NCBI GenBank assembly: GCA_047150005.1
Contig: AP038806.1
Coordinates: 3,776,001-3,840,000, forward strand
Reading direction: 5' to 3'
Origin: Nitrospira sp.
GTDB lineage: Bacteria > Nitrospirota > Nitrospiria > Nitrospirales > Nitrospiraceae
Length of the DNA: 64,000 nt
Shown piece by piece: positions 36,411 to 47,254 of this stretch (positions within the stretch are counted from its first letter, which is position 1; each line of letters opens with the position of its first letter). The translations under genes were made by a program, and so were the position numbers. The notes below the pieces were generated by a model. The model saw only the letters and a program-made list of their open reading frames with translations, searched no databases and was not told the DNA's origin.

Positions 36411-38065
36411 AACCTTTCCTGGTCACGGTGGACGATGATCCCGAAGTTTCGCGCGCGGTCGAGCGAGATCTCCGCCGCAAGTATGGGGAGCAGTACCGGG
36501 TCCTCCGGGCTGAGTCGGGGGTGGACGCGCTCGCCTCGCTGGAACAACTCACGCTTCGTAACGACACGATCGCCCTCTTCCTGGTCGATCAGCGCATGCC
36601 CCAGATGACCGGCGTCGAGTTCTTAGCGAAAGCCATCCTGCTCTATCCCGACGCGAAGCGAGTGTTGCTGACCGCCTATGCCGATACGGATGCGGCCATT
36701 CGCGCCATCAACGACGCGCAGGTCGATTACTATTTGATGAAGCCCTGGCACCCTCCGGAGGAACGTTTGTATCCGATCATCGATGAGCTCCTGGACGACT
36801 GGCATGGCTCGTTCAAGATCCCGTTCCAGGGGATTCGGATGTTGGGACACCGCTGGTCGCCCCACACCCACCAGATCAAGGAATTCCTGGCGAAGAACCA
36901 AGTGCCCTATCAGTGGCTGGACATCGAGAAAGATACCGAGGCACGTCCGCTGCTCCAGTCGGCCCATGCCGGTGAAGACCGGCTGCCGGTGGTGGTGTTT
37001 CCCGACGGGTCGTCCCTGATTCAACCGACGACGTTCCAAATCGCGGAGAAGGTCGGCTTCCGGATGAAAGCCGAGCAACCGCTTTATGACCTCATCGTCA
37101 TCGGAGCGGGACCGGCCGGGTTGGCCGCCGCAGTCTACGGCGGTTCCGAAGGGCTCAAGACGGTCTTGATCGAACGGGAAGCGCCGGGTGGACAGGCCGG
37201 CATGAGCTCACGCATCGAAAACTATTTGGGGTTCCCGGCCGGCCTCAGCGGCCAGGATCTCGCACGGCGGGCCTTGACGCAAGCCCAGCGATTCGGCGTG
37301 GAACTGTTGAATCCTCAGGAGGCCGTCGGTCTCCGTGTGGCAGGCCCGGCGCGGATCGTCACGCTGGCCGACGGCAGTGAGCTCAGCGGGAAGACCGTCC
37401 TCATCACGACCGGCGTCTCCTATCGCACGCTCAACGTGCCGGGGGTGGCACAATTGACCGGTGCCGGGGTCTACTATGGCGCCGGCATGACGGAAGCGCT
37501 CGCGTCCAAAGGCGAGGACGTCTATATCATCGGCGGGGCAAATTCCGCCGGTCAGGCGGCCGTCTACTTTGCGCGGTACGCCCGCCAAGTGACGATGCTC
37601 GTGCGCGGCGACTCCCTCACCGCCACCATGTCGCACTATTTGATCGAGCGCCTCAAACAGACGCCGAACATCGTGGTGGAAACCAGCGTGGAGGTGTCCG
37701 AGGCCTGTGGTACAGTGCGGCTCGAGTCGCTGGTGCTTCACCACACCAAGGCCAAGGACCGCCGCACAGTGCAAGCCCAGTCTCTGTTCATTCTCATCGG
37801 CGCGCTGCCGCATACCGACTGGCTCGGGGAGAGCGTCCTTCGCGATGAGCACGGGTTTATCGTGTCCGGGCCTGATCTGTTGCAGGATGGCTGTCTGCCG
37901 GCAGGCTGGCCGCTCGAACGAGTGCCCTATTTATTCGAGACCAGCGTGCCGGGCATCTTCGTCGCCGGCGATGCGCGGTCCGGCTCAATCAAGCGTGTGG
38001 CGTCCGGTGTGGGTGAAGGGACCATCGCGGAAAAGATGATCGAGCGTTACTTGGAGGAAGTCTGA
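36407..38065 (+). CDS. Response-regulator receiver fused to thioredoxin-reductase-like flavoprotein
   Basis: VDDD, DQRMP, LTAY, KPW; then GAGPAG, IENYLGFP, GGANSA, AGD. Confidence 0.9.
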   Translation: MKPFLVTVDDDPEVSRAVERDLRRKYGEQYRVLRAESGVDALASLEQLTLRNDTIALFLVDQRMPQMTGVEFLAKAILLYPDAKRVLLTAYADTDAAIRAINDAQVDYYLMKPWHPPEERLYPIIDELLDDWHGSFKIPFQGIRMLGHRWSPHTHQIKEFLAKNQVPYQWLDIEKDTEARPLLQSAHAGEDRLPVVVFPDGSSLIQPTTFQIAEKVGFRMKAEQPLYDLIVIGAGPAGLAAAVYGGSEGLKTVLIEREAPGGQAGMSSRIENYLGFPAGLSGQDLARRALTQAQRFGVELLNPQEAVGLRVAGPARIVTLADGSELSGKTVLITTGVSYRTLNVPGVAQLTGAGVYYGAGMTEALASKGEDVYIIGGANSAGQAAVYFARYARQVTMLVRGDSLTATMSHYLIERLKQTPNIVVETSVEVSEACGTVRLESLVLHHTKAKDRRTVQAQSLFILIGALPHTDWLGESVLRDEHGFIVSGPDLLQDGCLPAGWPLERVPYLFETSVPGIFVAGDARSGSIKRVASGVGEGTIAEKMIERYLEEV

Positions 38066-38076
38066 GGAGAGACACG

Positions 38077-38619
38077 ATGGCCGAGCCGCATGCTCAGCAG
38101 CCTGACCTCTCGATTACGGAGCAGGATCACGTGCAAGGGGAAGCAGCGGCTCCGTTCACCCTTGTGGAATACGGCGACTTCGAATGCCCCTACACCAGGG
38201 AAGCGCTCAAGACGGTTGAAGCCTTGCAGCGTGACTTCGGTCAGGAGCTCCGATTCGTGTTTCGGCATTTTCCTCTGTCAGCGAAGCATCACCATGCCCT
38301 TCAGGCCGCCGAAGCGGCGGAAGCGGCCGCCGCAGAAGGACAGTTTTGGGCGATGTATGCCATGTTGTTCGCTCATCAATGGGAACTGGAATACGGAGAT
38401 CTGCTGGACTATGCGGGCAGGATCGGACTGGACCGAACGCGGTTCGGCGAGGCCCTCACGACACATCGTCATTTCGACCGCATCCGCGTGGATGTCGCCA
38501 CCGGCCGCCGGTACGGCGTGACGGGGACGCCGACCTTTTTCGTCAACGGCCGTCGGCAGGACGGAGATGACGACCTCCGTTCGATGTCAGCCGCGATCCG
38601 CCACGCGCTGAAGCGATAA
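38077..38619 (+). CDS. DsbA-like thioredoxin-fold protein (CxxT)
   Basis: EYGDFECPYT, VFRHFP, GVTGTPTFFVNG. Confidence 0.88.
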   Translation: MAEPHAQQPDLSITEQDHVQGEAAAPFTLVEYGDFECPYTREALKTVEALQRDFGQELRFVFRHFPLSAKHHHALQAAEAAEAAAAEGQFWAMYAMLFAHQWELEYGDLLDYAGRIGLDRTRFGEALTTHRHFDRIRVDVATGRRYGVTGTPTFFVNGRRQDGDDDLRSMSAAIRHALKR

Positions 38620-38634
38620 GAGGCCCATCACGCC

Positions 38635-39609
38635 ATGCAACAGGCACTGGAATTTTTGCTCCGGCATATCGAGTTGGTGGTGTTTTTGACCGTTCTGGCC
38701 GAACAGATCGGTGTGCCCATCCCGGCCATTCCGGTCCTGCTCGCCGCCGGAGCCGTTGCCGGAGACGGGCAGGCGCATCTCGCCGTGCTGACCGGCCTCT
38801 CCGTGGCCGGCTGTCTGCTGGGCGACATGGTCTGGTATGAACTCGGCCGTCACCGCGGGCGGCAGGCGCTTAATCTGTTGTGCCGGATTGCGCTTGAGCC
38901 GGACGCCTGTGTCCGGCGCACCGAAACCTTCTTTGTCGCCCATGGAATCCGGGCACTGATCCTGTCCAAGTTCGTCCCCGGGTTGAGCACGCTCGCGCCG
39001 GCGTTGGCCGGGCTCTTCAAAATCTCGATCGGACGATTCCTCCTGTTCAACGGCGCCGGAGCACTGCTCTGGAGCCTATCGTTCCTGCTGGTCGGCTATG
39101 TGTTCAGCAATCAGATCGGCTATGTGGCCGAACTGGCCATGCGGTTCGGAGAAGCCGCGGGCGCCCTGCTGGCCGGAGGCCTGGCCGCCTATGTCCTCTA
39201 TAAATATCTGCATCGGCAAAAGCTGCTGAGGGAACTCCGTGTCGCTCGGATCACCCCGGCCGAGCTGAAGCAACTCATGGACGAGGGCCATCGATCGGTG
39301 GTCGTCGATCTCCGGGGCAGCCTGGACCATGTAGCCGACCCTTATACCATCCCGGGCTCCCTACGCATCCCCGCCGAAGCCCTCGAGCAACGCCATCACG
39401 ATATTCCGCGAGACCGGGACGTCATCTTGTTCTGTGCCTGTCCGAATGAAGCCACGGCGGCGAGAATGGCATTGATGTTGAAGCGTAAGGGGATCAGGCG
39501 CGTCCGCCCGCTCTTGGGCGGCATCGATGAGTGGCGCCAACTGGCCTATCCGCTTGAATTGGTGGTTTCGAAGGAAAGCGACATCATCACCGCCGAGATC
39601 GCGAGATAG
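38635..39609 (+). CDS. DedA (VTT) membrane protein fused to rhodanese domain
   Basis: EQIGVPIPA, GDMVWYELGR, KFVPG; C-terminal VDLR...IPG...CACPNE...GGIDEW. Confidence 0.88.
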   Translation: MQQALEFLLRHIELVVFLTVLAEQIGVPIPAIPVLLAAGAVAGDGQAHLAVLTGLSVAGCLLGDMVWYELGRHRGRQALNLLCRIALEPDACVRRTETFFVAHGIRALILSKFVPGLSTLAPALAGLFKISIGRFLLFNGAGALLWSLSFLLVGYVFSNQIGYVAELAMRFGEAAGALLAGGLAAYVLYKYLHRQKLLRELRVARITPAELKQLMDEGHRSVVVDLRGSLDHVADPYTIPGSLRIPAEALEQRHHDIPRDRDVILFCACPNEATAARMALMLKRKGIRRVRPLLGGIDEWRQLAYPLELVVSKESDIITAEIAR

Positions 39610-39679
39610 GGATGAAACGCAACAGGCATCCGGTTTTGAAAGGAGACAATGAGCGAGCTCGGACGGCTCATGTATTTGT

Positions 39680-40369
39680 CTACCAGGGGATGGGCTTGCG
39701 CTCTTTGACGAACTGACCCGTCAGTGAGATCGGCGCTTCAGTTGCCAACCATACGATCGTGTCGGCACCTTCCTCGGCGGAACGTGGCGCCTCGCTCCCT
39801 CCCATATCCGTTCGGACCCAGCCGGGGCACGCAGCATTGACCGCGATGCTCGAAGCTTTCAGTGCAGCCGCGAACTGACCGGTCACGCCGTTGAGCGCCG
39901 TCTTCGAGATGCTATAAGCCGGGGCCCACGTGTCCATGTCACTTAATTGGCCTGCCCCGCTCGAGACATTGATAATCCGAGCCGATGAGCTCTTGCGGAG
40001 CAGCGGCAGAAATGCCTGAGTCACGAGCAGCGCCCCGATCGTATTGGTCTCAAACATCCGCCGCAGTCGCTCGGAGGGTAAGTCAACGATGGAACCTTCG
40101 TCGGGGTCCAAAATCCCAGCATTGTTGATGAGGACATCCAGATGATCCACGGCCTGCGAGACGACGCGGAAGGCAGCCTCGATGCTGATCCGGCTGGTGA
40201 CGTCGAGTGGAACCGGTACGACCAAGGAGTCCATGGAAGAAGCCGCTCTCCGGACTGCGGCGAGCGAGCGACCGGTCAAAAACACCCGCCAGTTCCGTGC
40301 CGTCAATTGCCGGACGACCTCGAGCCCGATGCCCTTGTTGGCGCCTGTGACCAGAGCGATGCCGGACAT
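39680..40369 (-). CDS. Short-chain dehydrogenase/reductase (carbonyl reductase-like)
   Basis: TGANKGIG, NNAG, YSISK, PGWVRTDMGG. Confidence 0.92.
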   Translation of the reverse strand: MSGIALVTGANKGIGLEVVRQLTARNWRVFLTGRSLAAVRRAASSMDSLVVPVPLDVTSRISIEAAFRVVSQAVDHLDVLINNAGILDPDEGSIVDLPSERLRRMFETNTIGALLVTQAFLPLLRKSSSARIINVSSGAGQLSDMDTWAPAYSISKTALNGVTGQFAAALKASSIAVNAACPGWVRTDMGGSEAPRSAEEGADTIVWLATEAPISLTGQFVKERKPIPW

Positions 40370-40464
40370 AGACAAAGTCTCCGCTCATTCCTTGTCCATT
40401 TCGTTCATTATACTGCAGTTTTCTCTTTTTCCGCGCCCGTCGCTTCGCGTACCATTTCTTGTGT

Positions 40465-41346
40465 ATGGCTGATCAGGGAGCGCAACTGACACCCGGCGCC
40501 TTGCTGGCCGCGCTGCTGGAACGGACGGAGCACGCACGCTGTTCCGGCGCGCTCCACACCTTGCGGACGACCTTGGAGGTCATCGAACAGGATGGGATCG
40601 CGTTCCAGGTCCGGATCCTGGGATCTTTGGCCAGGAAAGAACCGGCCGCAGCCGCCCGCCCGAACACCGACCCGTTTCTTCTCTATGATCCCAACCTGTT
40701 CGTCGCACCGATTTCGCCGACGCATATCGCCCTATTGAACAAGTTCAACGTGGTCGAGCGGCACCTGCTGATCGTCACCCGAGCATTCGAAGATCAGCGA
40801 TGTCAACTCACGCAGAAAGACTGCGAGGCCGTGCTGATCGCTCTCACGGAGATCGATGGACTGGCCTTCTATAACGCGGGGCGAGAGGCTGGAGCGAGCC
40901 AGTCGCACAAACATTTTCAATTGTTACCGTTCGACGCGATCGGGCCGCTGCCACTCGAGCCGCTGTTTCGCTTCGCACATCCCGAGGACATGGTCGGCAC
41001 CGTGCCGCGCCTTCCCTTCCGCCATGCCTATGCCCCGATGGATGCGGACTGGACGAATCCGGAAAAAGTCAGCGGCGCGTCCTTCCATGCCTGCTACCGC
41101 CGATTACTTCATGCAGTGGGTCTGGCTGTTGATGCCGCCCCAGGGAGCCATGCGCCGGCCGCTCCGTACAACCTCCTCATGACCCGGAAGTGGGCGTTGC
41201 TCGTGCCGCGATCGCAAGAATGCGTCGAAGACATCTCCATCAATGCGTTGGGCTTCGCGGGGACGTTCCTCGTCAAGGATAGGCGCCAGTTCGAGACGTT
41301 GCGACGGATCGGGCCCCTTACCGCCCTTCACCAGGTGACCACTTAA
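40465..41346 (+). CDS. ATP adenylyltransferase / Ap4A phosphorylase II
   Basis: LLNKFNVVERHLLIVT, FYNAG..AGASQSHKHFQ, YNLL, SINALGFAG. Confidence 0.88.
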   Translation: MADQGAQLTPGALLAALLERTEHARCSGALHTLRTTLEVIEQDGIAFQVRILGSLARKEPAAAARPNTDPFLLYDPNLFVAPISPTHIALLNKFNVVERHLLIVTRAFEDQRCQLTQKDCEAVLIALTEIDGLAFYNAGREAGASQSHKHFQLLPFDAIGPLPLEPLFRFAHPEDMVGTVPRLPFRHAYAPMDADWTNPEKVSGASFHACYRRLLHAVGLAVDAAPGSHAPAAPYNLLMTRKWALLVPRSQECVEDISINALGFAGTFLVKDRRQFETLRRIGPLTALHQVTT

Positions 41347-41430
41347 CTCGGCAGCATTTGAGAGGCCCGCAACCATTGGCCGGCTCGTTCCGGCTCGGAG
41401 CGCTCGGAAAACCCCCAGGCTTGAACACTC

Positions 41431-41459
41431 TTGACCGGTCTCTCACCGGAGCGTAGAGT
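41431..41459 (+). promoter_or_regulatory. Putative sigma70 promoter
   Basis: TTGACC-N17-TAGAGT. Confidence 0.45.
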
Positions 41460-41733
41460 AAGTGGTCTCTCGACGCGACCTCATTATTTTGGAGGTGGTC
41501 GCCATGATCCTCCGTGGAACCAGGATCCAACGGAACGGACATGGCGAGTGCGGCCTTTCTCCTGCTCGAACTCGTTCTTACAACAAGCGAACGCGGCTCT
41601 GCTCCCGAGTAATGACACGGGACGCCACGAGCCTCGCCATTCCTGACCAACAACCGTTTCATGTCGTGTGCGCCGGACGCCGGGCGGCGCGGTTGCCGCG
41701 CGCCGACCTGCCGGAAGGCGAAAGGAGGTCGTG

Positions 41734-42687
41734 ATGTCGTACCGCTACAACACCGTCGACATCATCGTGGGTGTCGGCATGTGCGCGATTCTTTTCGGTG
41801 CCCTCCTGCTCTTCGGGGCTGCCAACGGCACCTATCAGGCAGCCGTTCCGCAGCCCATCTACGCGCAAGAAACCGTCGACAACCTGGACGGGATGACCTG
41901 GCTCCAGCCGGTTATCGGCCAGACCTTGGTCGACGAGGCCCTCTTCGAGCGCCGGACCAACCACCTCATCGCCCAGTCCGCCGTAGAATTGAACCGCGTG
42001 ACCCTCGCGGCGAATGACTTCGACGCCGGTGCTGGAGGCCCGTTTGGAGCGGTGATGCATCAGGCGGAGACGATGCCGGCGGACCACCAGGCCCGTGTCC
42101 AGGGCATCATGGGACGCGCGATCGTGAACGGCACGAAACGCGGAGTTCGAAACGGCCTGCTGTCGGCCGATCTGTACCTGTCGGACTACAACAACGGCAT
42201 GATTCGCACGATCGAGGCGAGAGGGCAACAGCTTGACGACGCATTTTCGTCCACATGGCAAGCGACCCTCGGACGAAGCATCGTGGAGGCCTTCCAACGT
42301 TACACAGAGCGAGCGGGCGCCATTCAGGAACGGATAGGCTCGGCGCTGGTCCATGTGGCACAGGGGCAATGGACATCGGAGGAAGGCAGGGCGGCGCTGG
42401 AGCCGCAACTGGGCAGCCTGGTGCTGGCAGCGGTTCGCACGGAGGCGCTGTCGAATCAGCTGCAACTGCTGGCCGCGATCCAGTTCTCTCCTGAAGAACC
42501 GGCCGTGGTCACGACCGAACCGGCTTCGTGGCCGGAGATTCCGGCCGGCTTCTTCGCCGCCGCCGGCATCGTATTGATGGCGGTGTTCTTTGGCGGGATC
42601 ACGCTCGCGGCCCGGCGACGGGATCGCATCGCCATGACCGAGATGCAGCACAATGCGGCCAAGTGGGTTTATCGACCGGCCGCGTAA
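41734..42687 (+). CDS. Hypothetical membrane protein (N- and C-terminal TM, helical middle)
   Basis: AAGGAGG RBS; two TM segments; ends YRPAA. Confidence 0.8.
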   Translation: MSYRYNTVDIIVGVGMCAILFGALLLFGAANGTYQAAVPQPIYAQETVDNLDGMTWLQPVIGQTLVDEALFERRTNHLIAQSAVELNRVTLAANDFDAGAGGPFGAVMHQAETMPADHQARVQGIMGRAIVNGTKRGVRNGLLSADLYLSDYNNGMIRTIEARGQQLDDAFSSTWQATLGRSIVEAFQRYTERAGAIQERIGSALVHVAQGQWTSEEGRAALEPQLGSLVLAAVRTEALSNQLQLLAAIQFSPEEPAVVTTEPASWPEIPAGFFAAAGIVLMAVFFGGITLAARRRDRIAMTEMQHNAAKWVYRPAA

Positions 42688-42735
42688 GCGTCGTGAGAAG
42701 AGGACTCGCGCGGCTGACGCGCGAGCAGGTGACCT

Positions 42736-42906
42736 ATGTCGCTGGTGTATTGGGGAATCGTGGCGGGTATCGTCTCGATGGTGGCGACGCTCTTCGTGAG
42801 CCTTGCCTTACTTGGTTCGAAGACGGGATCGTCCGACGGATCAACGCGGCTCGATGAGCCGCAAGAATCCATGCCTCAGGCGTCGAGCGGCCGTCGTGCG
42901 GCCTAG
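42736..42906 (+). CDS. Small single-TM protein (below ORF-track cutoff)
   Basis: MSLVYWGIVAGIVSMVATLFVSLALLG...SGRRAA; AGGTGA RBS. Confidence 0.6.
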   Translation: MSLVYWGIVAGIVSMVATLFVSLALLGSKTGSSDGSTRLDEPQESMPQASSGRRAA

Positions 42907-42971
42907 ATGACGCCGGACCAAGAGACGCTCGTTCTTGGCGCCATGGGTTCATGGCGCCGTGGAGGTGCCGT

Positions 42972-43139
42972 ATGGTCGAGATTATCGGTTTTGTCACGAT
43001 ATGTGCGCTCGTATGGCTGCAAGCCTGGTCGATGGCGCAGGAGAGCGACTCCGAGAAGAGGCGGACGCGCCTGTCTCACGAGGGCGATCGCTCGAGCGAG
43101 GCCACGCCGACGCGAACGAGGCCCAGACAAGCAGCCTGA
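42972..43139 (+). CDS. Small single-TM protein
   Basis: GGAGGT RBS; MVEIIGFVTICALVWLQAW...PRQAA. Confidence 0.6.
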   Translation: MVEIIGFVTICALVWLQAWSMAQESDSEKRRTRLSHEGDRSSEATPTRTRPRQAA

Positions 43140-43229
43140 CATCGGAAGCTTGTCTCCGTCAGGCCTTTGGTCTGTGTAGATGGCCCTTGAAGAGGGAAAG
43201 GGGAGGGGGTCTCAGAGGGAGAGTCTTGC

Positions 43230-44480
43230 TCAGGTGACGAGCCGGGGTTGCGCGACCCCCGCAATGACGTCCTCGGTGATTTCGACGGATTTGACGCCTC
43301 CCATGGCCGGCACCTCGTACATGAGGTCGAGCATGACCTCTTCGAGAATCGTGCGCAGCGCCCGCGCGCCGGTCTTCATGAGCGCCGCACGCCGGGCGAC
43401 CGCCCTGACGGCGGCTTCGCTGAATTTCAGGTCGACGCCCTCAATCTCGAAGAGGGCCTGATATTGTTTCACCAGCGCGTTGCGAGGCTCGGTGAGGACA
43501 CGGATCAGCGCCGGTACATCGAGATCCGCCAGAGTGGTGAGGACGGGGAATCGCCCGACGAACTCGGGGATGAGCCCGAATTTCAACAGGTCTTCCGATT
43601 CCACACGGCCAAGCAGTTCGGTATGGCCGTCGATGCCGACGGACGGATCGTGCATCTCGAAGCCCAACCGTTTCGGCATGGTCCGGTCGGCGATAATGCG
43701 ATCCAACCCGACGAATGCCCCGCCCGCGATGAACAGGATGTTCGTGGTATCCACCCGGATGAACTCCTGCTCCGGATGTTTGCGCCCGCCCTTCTGCGGC
43801 ACATTGCAGCTGGTGCCCTCCACCAGCTTGAGGAGCGCCTGCTGGACACCCTCGCCGGAGACGTCCCGGGTCAATGAGGGGCTCTCGGACTTGCGGCTGA
43901 TCTTGTCGATTTCGTCGATATAGATGATCCCGGTTTCGGCCTGCGGGACGTCGTAGTCGCAGTTCTGGAGCAACTTCAGCACGACATTTTCGACATCCTC
44001 GCCTACATAGCCGGCCTCGGTCAGAGTCGTGGCATCCGCGATCGCGAAGGGCACGTGAATGATGCGCGCCAACGTCTGCGACAAGAGCGTCTTCCCGGTT
44101 CCGGTCGATCCGATCATTAAGATATTGCCCTTTTGGAGTCCGACGTCTTTGAGTCGGTCCCGATTCACGATGCGCTTGTAGTGGTTGTGGACCGCGACCG
44201 CCAGCACTTTCTTCGCACGTTCCTGCCCGATCACGAACTCGTCGAGCGTCGCCTTGATGTCGGTGGGCTTGGGAATGACCGAGGGAAGCGATGAAGAGCG
44301 GGCACCGGCCCCCTGGCCCTCTTTGCTCAAGGAGCCGGCGCAGCGCTTCAGACATTCCTCACAGATCAACAGGGTGGAGGTTCTCTTGCAGGACTGACAA
44401 CGGTGATCGACCGGGCTCGCAATGAGATTGCGAACCGCACTCTCGCTTTTCTCGCAGAACGAACAGACACGCTCGGGCAT
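43230..44480 (-). CDS. clpX: ATP-dependent Clp protease ATPase subunit ClpX (stand-alone paralog)
   Basis: CSFC...ICEEC zinc domain, [37 protein letters not shown] loop, GARALR. Confidence 0.95.
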   Translation of the reverse strand: MPERVCSFCEKSESAVRNLIASPVDHRCQSCKRTSTLLICEECLKRCAGSLSKEGQGAGARSSSLPSVIPKPTDIKATLDEFVIGQERAKKVLAVAVHNHYKRIVNRDRLKDVGLQKGNILMIGSTGTGKTLLSQTLARIIHVPFAIADATTLTEAGYVGEDVENVVLKLLQNCDYDVPQAETGIIYIDEIDKISRKSESPSLTRDVSGEGVQQALLKLVEGTSCNVPQKGGRKHPEQEFIRVDTTNILFIAGGAFVGLDRIIADRTMPKRLGFEMHDPSVGIDGHTELLGRVESEDLLKFGLIPEFVGRFPVLTTLADLDVPALIRVLTEPRNALVKQYQALFEIEGVDLKFSEAAVRAVARRAALMKTGARALRTILEEVMLDLMYEVPAMGGVKSVEITEDVIAGVAQPRLVT

Positions 44481-45290
44481 TTGCGAAGGATGCGCCTTAT
44501 CCCAAAACACGCCTGCTCCCCCCTGGTGCCTGAGACCAGCGAACACATCACCAGCCTCCCTACGTCTCACACGGCCTGTGGTCCGTGACGAGGACGTCGG
44601 ACGCTGGAACCGATCTTAAGAAATGCCTGGGGTGGGGAGACCCGCACGAGATCGAGGATGTTGGGCTACCGGTCGGTCGTCCCTACACGGGAACGTGTGG
44701 CCGTTTGAAATATGGCCGGCGTGACCGACGTGAGACCCGCCTCTAGCTCGGCGGGCCATTCAGGTCCGGTGGACTGAGGTCTTCCATGAGCGACCTCCTT
44801 CGCTGCCATTCTCATACGCCTCGGCCACACTCTTGTCAACGGCCCTGTCAGCCCGCTCCTCCGTACTGGCCTTGCATCTTATTTGCCTGACCTACATCTC
44901 TTGGGCTTGACTCCCGTCCCCATTGCGCCCATCGTACTGGCAATGCTGTCCGGTGTGAAGCGACGCCGACTGCCCTATCTTTCGCGCTTTACGGTTCTCT
45001 CAGCGCAACCGATTCTCCAGCCTCCGCCGCTCTCACACTAAGAGGTTCTTGCGTGCACCCTGCTGCTGGACAGACCGGCGCCGGGACGATGAGTCAGCCC
45101 TCTGGATCAGCACAGGGCTCTCTGACGGCGGCGACGCAAGACCTCCCACAATGAGCCTGTCACCAGGAGGTGCACGATGGTGGTGAGGGAACCCGTTTCC
45201 TATTTGGGCACGCCGACTCGATCGGTGAGCGCGGCCGGAGTCAGTTCGACCTCGTCCTGCTCCATCCTACAGCCAAACAGGAGGTTCACC

Positions 45291-46004
45291 ATGATACGTC
45301 GAAGCGTTGTCATCGCGTGCGGAAGTCTTGTCTTGCTCTTCGGATTGACTCCCGCTTCATCGAACGCCCAAACCACCGCCGCTCCGCCGCCGACGGAACG
45401 ACAAGGGATCCCAGACCAACCGTCGATGGCGCCATCGACGGCTCCATCGGATCGTCCAGAGATGGCGACGACGAGCGACCGCACATCCTACGATCGCCGG
45501 CTGTCCGAAGCCGTCACCCATGCGCGAAAGGCCGAGCTCGCCGGTAACGAAGGGAACATACCTGAGATGCTGCGCCACACGAAAGCGTCGTTGGAACAAG
45601 CCACCGCGGCGCAACAGGCAGGGACGAATGCCGACCTGGACCAGGGGATCACGGAACTGAAACACACGTTGGATGTCGGAAAGCGTGATCAGATTGCGCC
45701 TTCCTCGACCAAAGAGGCTCGGATCAGACTGGCCCAGGCGGCGAGCATCCAGCCGGTGAGTACAGCCGGCGCGAAAGGTTCCCGAATCCTGACAGGGGAA
45801 TTGCGACGCAGCACCACCGTCTCGACCTTTCCGGAACAGGATGCCTATGTGGTCAGAGATCCTCAGACTGGCGCCGACACGCCGGTGTTTATGACCCCGG
45901 AGATGAGCCGTCAGGTAAAAGAGGGGGAGATGGTGCAGACGCAGATTGACTCGCAAGGTCGCGTGGTCGCGATTTCTCCGAAATCTCCCCAATCTCCAAA
46001 ATAA
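45291..46004 (+). CDS. Secreted protein with SmbP-like (small metal-binding) helical bundle
   Basis: Signal peptide, LSEAVTHARKA..AG.EG....LRH...LDQGI.EL; C-terminal beta domain. Confidence 0.6.
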   Translation: MIRRSVVIACGSLVLLFGLTPASSNAQTTAAPPPTERQGIPDQPSMAPSTAPSDRPEMATTSDRTSYDRRLSEAVTHARKAELAGNEGNIPEMLRHTKASLEQATAAQQAGTNADLDQGITELKHTLDVGKRDQIAPSSTKEARIRLAQAASIQPVSTAGAKGSRILTGELRRSTTVSTFPEQDAYVVRDPQTGADTPVFMTPEMSRQVKEGEMVQTQIDSQGRVVAISPKSPQSPK

Positions 46005-46078
46005 GGGGGAGCCCAACAGAGGGGGTGGATCGCGCTCCACCTCCTCTGCTTCCACATCATGGGCGACGGGAAGGAACG

Positions 46079-46960
46079 CTACGCCACCCCGTGTCGCTCG
46101 AACCAATCCTGTAGCCGCATCCACCCGTCTTCTGCTGCGTCCTTTCTGTAACTCGGCCGATAGTCCGCGTAGAAGGCATGCGGGGCGTTCGGATAGACCA
46201 CGAACTCCGACGTGCCGCCGGCTGCCTGAAGCGTCCTCTTCATCTGTTCGACCTGATCGACCGGAATGCCTTTATCCTCTGCCCCATAGAGACCCAGCAC
46301 CGGGGATTTGAGCATCGACGCCACATCGATCGGGTGCTTTGGTTGCAGCGCGGTCGGATTGCCGATCAGTCGTCCGTACCAGGCCACGCCGGCCTTGAGA
46401 CGCGGATTGTGGGCCGCATAGAGCCAAACGATCCGTCCGCCCCAGCAAAATCCCGTGATGCCGAGTCGCTCGATGTCGCCTTCCCCCGATTCTTTGGCCC
46501 AGGCCACAGCGGCATCCAGATCGGACAGCACCTGAGCATCGGGTACTTGCGAGACCACCGTGGAGCGGATCTCGTCGATCTCGGTCATCTTGGAAACATC
46601 GCCCTGTCGTGCAAAGAGCTCAGGCGCGATGGCCACATAGCCCAGCTTGGCGAACCGGCGACACACGTCCTTGATGTGCTCATGAATCCCGAAAATCTCC
46701 TGAACCACCAAGACAACCGAGAGCGCCGGCCCGTTGTCCGGCCTGGCCCGATAAGCCGGGATGTGACCATCATGAGTGGGAATCCGGATCTCGCCGGCTG
46801 TCAGTCCCGCTTCATCCGTCGTGATGGTCGCAGCACAAATCGGACGCACAGCCAAGGCGAACCCGGCGGCGAGCGTGGCGGTGACAAAGCGACGTCGCGT
46901 CATAATCGCCGGAAACATTGCGGGTTCCGAGGGCTTCGCCATCTGATCACGACCTGCCAT
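46079..46960 (-). CDS. Dienelactone hydrolase family protein (Tat-like signal)
   Basis: [25 protein letters not shown]. Confidence 0.9.
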   Translation of the reverse strand: MAGRDQMAKPSEPAMFPAIMTRRRFVTATLAAGFALAVRPICAATITTDEAGLTAGEIRIPTHDGHIPAYRARPDNGPALSVVLVVQEIFGIHEHIKDVCRRFAKLGYVAIAPELFARQGDVSKMTEIDEIRSTVVSQVPDAQVLSDLDAAVAWAKESGEGDIERLGITGFCWGGRIVWLYAAHNPRLKAGVAWYGRLIGNPTALQPKHPIDVASMLKSPVLGLYGAEDKGIPVDQVEQMKRTLQAAGGTSEFVVYPNAPHAFYADYRPSYRKDAAEDGWMRLQDWFERHGVA

Positions 46961-47254
46961 AGTCATTCCTCCGGCGTGACGATAGCACTTGCCTCGACGG
47001 CAGAGCAACGAAGGATCGGAGTACAGATCGTCGCGTAGCCAGGGCCCGGGTGTTCCGTGACCAGAGATGTTCCTAGTGCCCGACTCCTACAGGCGGTGTG
47101 TCACACTCAGCAGCCATCCATACGTGTGCAATCCATACGTGTGATGGGGTGCCACGAATCTTTTCCTTCGGAAAGCCCTCTAATACAGTCCTGGCACTCA
47201 AGCTGCGCCAGGAGTATTGATAACAACCAGGTGGGCAGATGCGAGGAGGATACC

